DNA of 63,735 bases, counting the filler, from Lenisia limosa (taxonomy: Eukaryota; Protista; Breviatea): the NCBI GenBank assembly GCA_001655205.1. It is 16 parts of 16 records of this genome, joined end to end, with 100 filler letters (N's around TTAATTAATTAA, not from the genome) between each part and the next. Parts side by side here need not be neighbours in the genome. Positions count along the whole stretch, not along the records: positions 55,667 to 61,846 come from LPNZ01008407.1; positions 61,947 to 63,735 come from LPNZ01004876.1; 14 more parts are not named here. The stretch is one strand, 5' to 3'. Made by a program: the position numbers and the translations under genes. The notes below the pieces were generated by a model, which saw only the letters and a list, made by a program, of their open reading frames with translations, did not search any database and was not told where the DNA came from. This document shows, in pieces, positions 55,822 to 63,735 of this stretch; within the stretch, counting starts at the first letter, position 1, and each line of letters opens with the position of its first letter.

Positions 55822-58132
55822 TTACATGTCATCAATGACGCTCTCCTTCTTCTTGGTCTTGTCATCCATGTAGTACATGTCTTCCTTCTTAACCTGGAAG
55901 AGTCAACCCCCATATCTTGTTATCAAAAAAAAATCTAAAAAAATTTGAACTTCAGCTTCAAAGCAATTCACCCCCAATCACCCATCAATGTTTAAAAACA
56001 CTATCACTATCATGCAAAATTATCCAGTCATGTGAAAATGACAAACTGCCAAAACTCATGATACAATATTCAGAGTCAACGAGCTGTGTGTACTCCAGGG
56101 CTTCCCTACGGTCCAAAAAAGACCGTCAAAATATCGATATTTATCGAGGTCTTATCGAGAAATTCAGTCTTTTTTGGGACCGTAGGGAAGCCATAGTGTT
56201 CCCCCCCATCAATCCTCAAATACCCACCTTGTCGCCAAATTTCTCGAGGAGAAGATCTGGTAGATCCCACGATACGTCACCTTGGATGAGAATGTGGTCT
56301 CCAACTGCAGGGTCCTGTGGGAGTAAAACGAAGGAAATTTCGATTTAGAATATTGCCGTAAAGGTACTAATCACGAACCGAATAATCTGAAACTCCAAAC
56401 AAACAAAAACAAAAAACAAGCAATAACAACATGAGCAACCAACGCTCAAACTAGACAAAACCAGATGACAAAAACTCAAAAACAAAAACAAGCCCGAGCC
56501 AGCCTTTGAAGAGTCCTACCACCGCTCGATCACCCAAACGTACCTGTAAGGCGTTAACAATAAAATCAAAACAACAACACAAAAAAACAAAACAAAGGGG
56601 CACAAGTCAAAGGTTACTTTAAAAAAATATTAAGCTGACGGGAAAGAGAAAATGGAAAGTTACGAAACAAAATAAAGCTCAAAATCAACTATTGGTTGAC
56701 AACATAACAAACAAATAAAGCCCAGACCAGTCGCTTCTTCAGCACGTGATAAATTGAGGGGAAGGGGGGGGGGGGNNNNNNNNNNNNNNNNNNNNNNNNN
56801 NNNNNNNNNNNNNNNNNNNNNNGCGAATTTGCCAGAAAATATCTTAGCCGCATCCTTCAACTTGATACCTACGGGGAAATAACAAAAAGAAAAAAAGAGT
56901 AGTTTATCAGGCTGAAACATTCCCATAATCACATTCATGAAGCTCAACCCCTATTGCCTGCATTATTTTTTATTGTTCGTTTCCTCTTTTCTTTAATAAA
57001 TAAACCTTCCTTTAATGCAAAAAAAAAAACATCATGCAAAAGGAATACTGATTAGAATAGGAAGGATTTATCCAACCGAATTTATCCAAGCCTTGAAGAT
57101 CTGTGATGCTCTTCTTCTTTCCTCTGTTCAAACGAATGATGAGGATCTCCTTCACTGCCTGAAAGGTTGTTAAAAGAGGTAAATCATGGGTGTTAAGAGA
57201 GGTAAATCACTCATGCTCTAATGGCTAAATCATAAATAAGTCGATATTCTATTCCCCGCGCTATTTATGGTGATTTGTTTATGGTATCCCTATGAATTCT
57301 TATGTTTCCCTGATATATTTGATCTTTTTTCTTTTTAAAACCAAAACCTTCCCTCCAAAACCTCCCTACCGCTTTCACAACCTTTCCTCCGGGTAAGAGC
57401 TTATCACCCTCCTTCATGTCAATTCTCTCTGAACTGGTCAGTTTTTAAAAAAGGCATTGGTAATTGAATGTAAACGAACCCATGTGATCTGGTCCGATTC
57501 CCACTTTTGGTTTGCTGCTTGCTGTGCTCTTTCTTCTTTCCAGACACTTCTACGTCCTCAATGGCTCCAGCAAGGTGGTCTAGATGATGAAACAAAAAAA
57601 GAGTGTTTGGAGATGATGAAACAAAAAAAAAGAGTAGATGGAAATGAGACACAAATTGGCAGTAGTCCACACCAAAACATTCACAGTATAGTCCTAGCCT
57701 TCATTATCATATTTATTTGGGATAGATTGATGTGCCTATAATATTAATAACCCTATCATTTGTCATCCACTATTGCGTTCACCATCAGGTTTTTAAGAGA
57801 TAATGATGTACAGTCGAGTGATGTACTTGTTTGACAAGTTGAGTGTGGATTGATTCAAAAGACAACAACTTGCTACACAAATATAATTTGGTCAAAATTC
57901 TGTCAAGGAAGCCCAGCAAGGGCAAGAAACGCAGCAATGTGACAGGGGAGTGAAGAGAATACCTGATTTATTGTTCTTCTTGGCCCATTCGACACATTCG
58001 TCGTACTTACCACCCCATTTGCAGTACTCAAAAGGGAGGGAGCAGACTAAAACGAGTAAGACGGAAAAGGTAAAAACGCCAAAACTTACCAGGGCAGTAC
58101 TCCACAAAAACACCTCCAATACGGTCAAACAT
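55822..58132 (-). CDS. DENR: DENR/Tma22 translation re-initiation factor (SUI1 domain); start could be 58132 or 58224
   Basis: Spliced VEYCPV|CSLPFEYCKWG...CVEWAKKN, KEILIIRLNRGKKKSITDLQGLDKF|GIKLKDAAKIFSGKFA..., DPAVGDHILIQGDVSWDLPDLLLEKFGDK|VKKEDMYYMDD...*. Confidence 0.9.
56098..56193. mobile_element. Family C MITE (also ~3365, 3822, 13973, 17380, 17570, 20610, 42415, 43690, 44594, 46116, 47230, 53440, 54720, 55270, 61310)
   Basis: About 95 bp, TIR GGGCTTC(C/A)CT(A/T)CGGT(C/T)C(G/A)AAAAAGAC, internal ATATCGATATTTATCGAGGATTTATCGAGAAATTCAGTC, often flanked CTA..TAG. Superfamily not determined. Confidence 0.85.
56309..56556 (-). mobile_element. Family E intronic element, reference copy (also 13225-13440, 42010-42055, 46352-46500, 50870-50960)
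   Basis: Shared TTAACGCCTTACAGGTACGTTTGGGTGATCGAGCGGTGG...GCCAATATTC..CGAAATTTCCTTCGTTTTACTCCC(N)AG. Long copies at 13225 and 56309 align over about 220 nt. Confidence 0.88.
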
Positions 58133-58239
58133 CTTAAATAAAGCCTATTAGAGGACGAAAAAACGATTATTTTTGAAAAATAATTATCCATATAACCACC
58201 CCTGTAAAGTGCTTTAAAAGCCATTCGCTTCTTCTTTCT

Positions 58240-58299
58240 TCATATAGTCTGCATATAGTCTGCATATAGTCTGCATATAGTCTGCATATAGTCTGCATA
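58240..58299. repeat. 11-bp tandem repeat (CATATAGTCTG x5) just upstream of DENR
   Basis: Five direct copies visible. Confidence 0.9.
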
Positions 58300-58936
58300 T
58301 TGTTGTTACTGTGATATTATTAAGTATTTAAGCAGAAAAGTAGGAATTTCCCTCCCCCATTTGCTGTTTGTTGGCGATCAGGTTATTCCCTCTTCTCCTT
58401 CTTAAGGTTTGGTTTGGCAATTTTGTTTAACGGGCCTCATTTTTTTTGGCAAGAATTGTATAATTTTTGAATTAAGCGACTGGTATGGTTAGTTAAACTA
58501 TGTTCCATTTCAAATAAAATTTATTTCAAAATGATTTGTTACTGTTTCTTCAGTATAGTCTCTATTAAAACCAGGAATATAAAGATCCGGCGGTTGCTGT
58601 GCAACAAAAAAACACCTCAACAGGAAAACGCCAGAATCGTATTTCTTTCCACGCTTAGCAAGTCGCCAAACCAGATTCCTTTTGAAAACTTTACCGAACC
58701 CCAAATGACATATTTTGGTTAGGAGAGCAAAAAGCCTTTACCAATTCCAATAAATCAAGGATCCGGAAGGACGGTTACATTTTGCTTTTGCCTTTTTTTG
58801 TCGCTTGTTTTGGTTACGTTATCTCAACCAAACCAAGCGACTATCAATACAATCAAAAGGGGGTTTGGTCCTACCTAGGTTATTATGCAGGGGCTATTGT
58901 CCTTATTCATGAATATAATCCTTGCAGGTATGCTGA

Positions 58937-59085
58937 GGAGGCACGCAGAAAGCTGTGTGCACAGAGTTGTAAGGCAAATGATTGGGTGAATTAATATGGT
59001 ACTATAATCCAATATCTCAGCGTGATGGTGTGGACGACTTCAGCCAGATACTTCCTTTTTTTTTTATTTCTCATTGCTGAAATAT
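58937..59085 (+). mobile_element. Family D non-autonomous repeat, ~150 bp, both orientations (also ~90, 2398, 17125, 23781, 36490, 37195, 43950, 44570, 44702, 45445, 46015, 47400, 50580, 51335, 53530, 54670, 59815, 60925)
   Basis: Consensus GAAAGCTGTGTGCACAGAGTTGTAAGGCAAATAATTGGGTGAATTAAT..TATAATCCAATATCTC..GCGTGATGGTGTGGACGGCTTCGGCCAGATACAACCTTG..TTTATTTCTCATTGCTATA. No clear TIR. Confidence 0.85.
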
Positions 59086-60440
59086 ATCAACCAAACCAAG
59101 CGACTATCAGTAAAATAAAAAGGGGATTTGTATATAATATTAGAGTTCCTCCAGTTATTATGAAATATTTTTTCTGATTCTTAATTCATGTTGTAGCCCT
59201 GGATAGATTCGAGAAACCATCCCCAGATTTATTGATATATTTTCCAACCTCAACAGGTTGGGGATGTTTGCCTTGAAACCCTTCAACCCCCCGGATCTGT
59301 TCGCTCGAAGGGCGACTCAAGATGTGTTATTGAGTGAGGGTGTAATATGGTCTTATCATACAAATAGCATTCAATACTATCTCACATATATAGAACAATC
59401 CATATCAATATCAATACCATCTAACATCGTATAGAACAATCCGGAACAGACACCCATCCCGTGACGGCAGTTTCATGTTACCCCGGCCACCACGTGGTTG
59501 CCTTGGACTTCAGCATGGTGGCGTTCGATTCGGTTCGGAACAAAGGCGCACTGAGCCGTCGGTACCCGGACTTCCGATCTTCCGATGACGTGGANNNNNN
59601 NNNNNNNNNNNNNNNNNNNNNNNNNNNNNNNNNNNNNNNNNNNNNNNNNNNNNNNNNNNNNNNNNNNNNNNNNNNNNNNNNNNNNNNNNNNNNNNNNNNN
59701 NNNNNNNNNNNNNNNNNNNNNNNNNNNNNNNNNNNNNNNNNNNNNNNNNNNNNNNNNNNNNNNNNNNNNNNNNNNNNNNNNNNNNNNNNNTGATTGTGTG
59801 AAATAACATCATTCTATAATCCAATTCTTTTAGCGTGATGGCTGGACGGCTTCGGCTAGATACAACCTTATTTTTTATCTCACATTTCTATATATGGACT
59901 AGTGTAATGGTGTGTGGAGGATAATCATGCGTTTTTCTCTTTTACCCCCCCCCCCCNNNNNNNNNNNNNNNNNNNNNNNNNNNNNNNNNNNNNNNNNNNN
60001 NNNNNNNNNNNNNNNNNNNNNNNNNNNNNNNNNNNNNNNNNNNNNNNNNNNNNNNNNNNNNNNNNNNNNNNNNNNNNNNNNNNNNNNNNNNNNNNNNNNN
60101 NNNNNNNNGTTTGCAGTCCTATCAAGAATCCCACAGACAAAAACAACTATCTGGACAGGTTTGCTTTTTCGACTCTGCTGCAACCCCAGTACTATTTGGG
60201 TTTTATCAGGTCACTGCTTAATTAATTGAGACAATAAATTTGATATTTGAAGTGGGACAAACAAAAAGAGAACGCCATTGCAAACGCTTTGATTTTGACA
60301 ATTAACCATTAATTTTGGACATATTAATTGGACACTGCAGAAGCCCCTGCCTGGGCTTTGTTTTGTTTTGTTGTTCTCTTAGCCAACAGAGTTGATTTTG
60401 AGCTTTTTTGTCATAAATTGTCCAATTTTACCCCCCCCCC

Positions 60441-61520
60441 AGCACCACGGGTACCCCCATTCTAGGAGCGCGGTTCCCCCATCGAATCGCGGCGGCGGGC
60501 ATAATCCAGGCCAACCATCCAGAGTCCTATGTTCCAGGGCCGTGCCTGATGGTAGTGTTGCAAAACGCGATGGTAGGGCCCCCGTATATTACCTGTCTTT
60601 TAAATTTACATTCACAAATCCGTCTTTTATTCAGAATTTACACCCGTTCGTTCTACATTTACACCCATATAACAGATATCTAAAACATCAGATTTATACC
60701 TGGTTTTGGAGCGACAACGAAGGGTGGACAAGAACCAAAGAGACACGTCTTTTGAGAAACACGCACAACCAGGTCGGGTGGTGCGTGGTGGCTACGTTCC
60801 GGTATTGGACCGAATGATGTGATAACCCGGGAGTTTTTTTGCGGCAAAGCAATCTTTTGATAGCTAACAGAGTTGATTTCGTTCAATGGTGGAGATTACG
60901 TAATCATGGTATTTCCAATCTTTCTTATAATCGTGATGGTTTGGACGGCTTCGGCCTGATACAACATTGTTTTATTTCTTATCGCAATGTGATATTAGTG
61001 ACATTAGTTACATTTCAGGTTACAACCGTCAAATACCTGGCCAATGACTGGTTCATTTGGACTGAAAAGGACGAAAATGGTATTTGGGGGGGGGGGGTNN
61101 NNNNNNNNNNNNNNNNNNNNNNNNNNNNNNNNNNNNNNNNNNNNNNNNNNNNNNNNNNNNNNNNNNNNNNNNNNNNNNNNNNNNNNNNNNNNNNNNNNNN
61201 NNNNNNNNNTGAATTTGCTAGAGGGGGGGGCAATTGAGTCCATTCGATTTGTTAAGCTCTGCACAGGAAAATAGAATATCACTTTAGATTCTAAATACTG
61301 GATTTCTTGCAAAATCATCGAAAACTAACGATATTAATCAGTCTTTTTCGGACCTAATCACAACCATCCAGGGTCACACATGGCGCTTGCGGCGAGGGTT
61401 TCAATCACGTCCACTTCCGACACCCCCGTATACAGCCTGGCTCGGACGCCGCCGTCAGCCCCGCCGCCGCAACTGCATCATAATGGCGATCCTGACCTCG
61501 TCTGGATCTCGAGTCACCTG
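60441..61520 (+). CDS. Partial multi-exon hypothetical protein
   Basis: GC-rich exons after C-tract acceptors (TTGTPILGARFPHRIAAAGIIQANHPESY..., VTTVKYLANDWFIWTEKDEN). No family recognised. Confidence 0.35.
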
Positions 61521-62249
61521 GGTACGGTCGAGGGGCTTGGTGGTTCTGTTTTCTCCTTTAAATTGAGAANNNNNNNNNNNNNNNNNNNNNNNNNNNNNNN
61601 NNNNNNNNNNNNNNNNNNNNNNTTAACTATCCAGGCGTGTATTCCTTCATTTCAGGTCAGCAGTTTCTGGGCACGTTGCCCCCGTCACCCCCAGGTACGG
61701 ATTGCCTCATCTTAAAATAGGTGCTATTGATAGAAGCAGGTGTTTCATCATAGAAATAAAACAAATCGAAAAGGTAAAATCGTGTAAAATACGTTGATTT
61801 AGTAGAAAATAGAGAGGTGCTATTTCTTATTAGGGAGGGGAGGGGGNNNNNNNNNNNNNNNNNNNNNNNNNNNNNNNNNNNNNNNNNNNNTTAATTAATT
61901 AANNNNNNNNNNNNNNNNNNNNNNNNNNNNNNNNNNNNNNNNNNNNCCGTGTGGGGGTGTAAGATGGAGGGAATATTTCTATTCGAACTCAAAACCCTGT
62001 TTTCGCTGCCATGAAAATAATCACAAAACAACAATATATGATATGTTTAATAAGAGTGTTTGCATAACTTTTTTCACCCGTGGTGGATGGTGTGGATGAA
62101 ATAAGCTGGAGGAAAGACTTGGGGGGTAATTTGTTCCTCATCCTCACTGGGCATTATTTGTTTTGTTGTTATCAACCCTCGTGTGTTACCAGCAGACAGG
62201 GTTGATTTTGAGCTTCTTTTTTCATAAATTATCCCATTTTACCCCCCAG

Positions 62250-63663
62250 AATGACCATGAAACTCCACATTCTGCTCTACTTGCACCCTTGGATGGACAA
62301 CTTGGCAGCCCTCCTATGTCCGCCAACAACATCAGCTACTTCGGCTAGGTTGGGGGNNNNNNNNNNNNNNNNNNNNNNNNNNNNNNNNNNNNNNNNNNNN
62401 NNNNNNNNNNNNNNNNNNNNNNNNNNNNNNNNNNNNNNNNNNNNNNNNNNNNNNNNNNNNNNNNNNNNNNNNNNNNNNNNNNNNNNNNNNNNNNNNNNNN
62501 NNNNNNNNNNNNNNNNNNNNNNNNNNNNNNNNNNNNNNNNNNNNNNNNNNNNNNNNNNNNNNNNNNNNNGTTGATTTTAGACTTTTTTTTGTTTCATAAA
62601 TATTCCAATTTACCCCCCCCCCCCTAGAGCAAGAGCGGTAATCGAGGAGCTGCTGAAGGCGCAGGTGCAAGAAAGCCGACTCACTAATTCGTTCAAAGAC
62701 AACGTGGGGTAGATTATGAGGAGGTTTTGATCCAACAGAGTTGATTCTGGGCTATTTTTGTTTGTTTGTTTCAAAAATGTTCCTTCTATACCCCCCATCA
62801 AATTATTCTCTTTTCACCTCCCAGATCTGGATTCCTCTTGGCAAGTCACAGCACTCCCTCCTCGCAGTTGCCCGCGTCCTTCTCGATGTAGGCTTAAATA
62901 TATACAGTGACCGGGATTAGTCATGACCTATTTTCCATTGGAAGTCACATAGCAAAACGGTCAAGACTATCCCGGTCAGTGTATATGATATAATATTTGA
63001 TTTTTTACTGTATACGTGTATAATCTCTTTTTGGATCGAATATGTGTGCTTAAATATATCTAATATACATATATACTATCATATGTTTATGTACATAACT
63101 AGGTATAACTTTTTGAGCCATTTGTCAAAGATGTGTGCTAAAATATATCCATTATCAACAGGCCTTTTTTTGTTTCATAAATATTCCAATTTTACACCCC
63201 CCCCCNNNNNNNNNNNNNNNNNNNNNNNNNNNNNNNNNNNNNNNNNNNNNNNNNNNNNNNNNNNNNNNNNNNNNNNNNNNNNNNNNNNNNNNNNNNNNNN
63301 NNNNNNNNNNNNNNNNNNNNNNNNNNNNNNNNNNNNNNNNNNNNNNNAACTCATCCCTTCCGTCGCGGGGGATAATTCTGCTATTATTGGTGAGGGGGGG
63401 TCAATTTCGGAAATAACTTGATAAAAGTTTTGTATTTTTGATGTGGATTGAAGAGAACACTGTTGAATAAAAATGGGAAATAACTTTTATAGTTAACAAT
63501 TAACTGATCCAATAGTTGACATTTACAAAACATATTACAGTTGGCAACAGCATACTCACACTCCAGTTGGCGAGCTGCTCCGTCTCCTCCAGAACCTGCT
63601 TTCTGACGTCTCTTCAAAGGCTTTCAAGAGCAGACATTGGCCCAAGATTCACGCTTGTGTCAG
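62250..63663 (+). CDS. Neurofibromin (NF1/Ira)-like C-terminal HEAT region, internal exons
   Basis: MKLHILLYLHPWMDNLA...R|ARAVIEELLKAQVQESRLTNSFKDN|IWIPLGK...LL and RTCFSD...HWPKIHACVR parallel NF1 motifs as I recall them (LKHLCLEYMTPWLSNL, RVTAILDKLI...IQAKIWGSLGQ, KTCL...WDDIAILAR). Confidence 0.65.
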
Positions 63664-63735
63664 GTGAGTTTTTTTGTTTTTGTATTACAGATATTTTCCT
63701 ATTTTACTTCCAAATTTCACATCCCCCCCCCCCCC

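Overview
This is eukaryotic nuclear DNA: an intron-rich, gene-dense genome of a flagellated, probably anaerobic or microaerophilic protist. The lifestyle is inferred from a Hydin C-terminus plus a bacterial-type NADH oxidase; the taxon cannot be named from the sequence. The window is 16 contigs joined by 15 artificial ~100-nt N44-TTAATTAATTAA-N44 spacers, plus many internal N runs that fall almost entirely inside introns. Recognisable intron-split genes: F-BAR/SH3, Hydin, NADH oxidase, verprolin/WIP-like WH2(+SH3), CHD-type tandem chromodomain, NKAP, NUP188-like, an FG-nucleoporin, ZC3H15/Tma46, DENR/Tma22, neurofibromin-like, a LamG-domain secreted protein, and a frameshifted pogo-type DDE transposase. 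The standard genetic code fits. The main signal is in the introns. Two repeat families (A, >20 copies; E, 5 copies) sit in the same orientation as their host gene in every copy I could assign, and they supply the 3' splice signal TTTTAC-T-CCCCC-(N)AG. Several introns hold stacks of these elements, with older acceptors followed by decayed copies of the exon start. Many introns begin with a G-run and end in a C-run. At least four MITE families and one other non-autonomous repeat are nested in the same introns. All gene models are hand-spliced and approximate.
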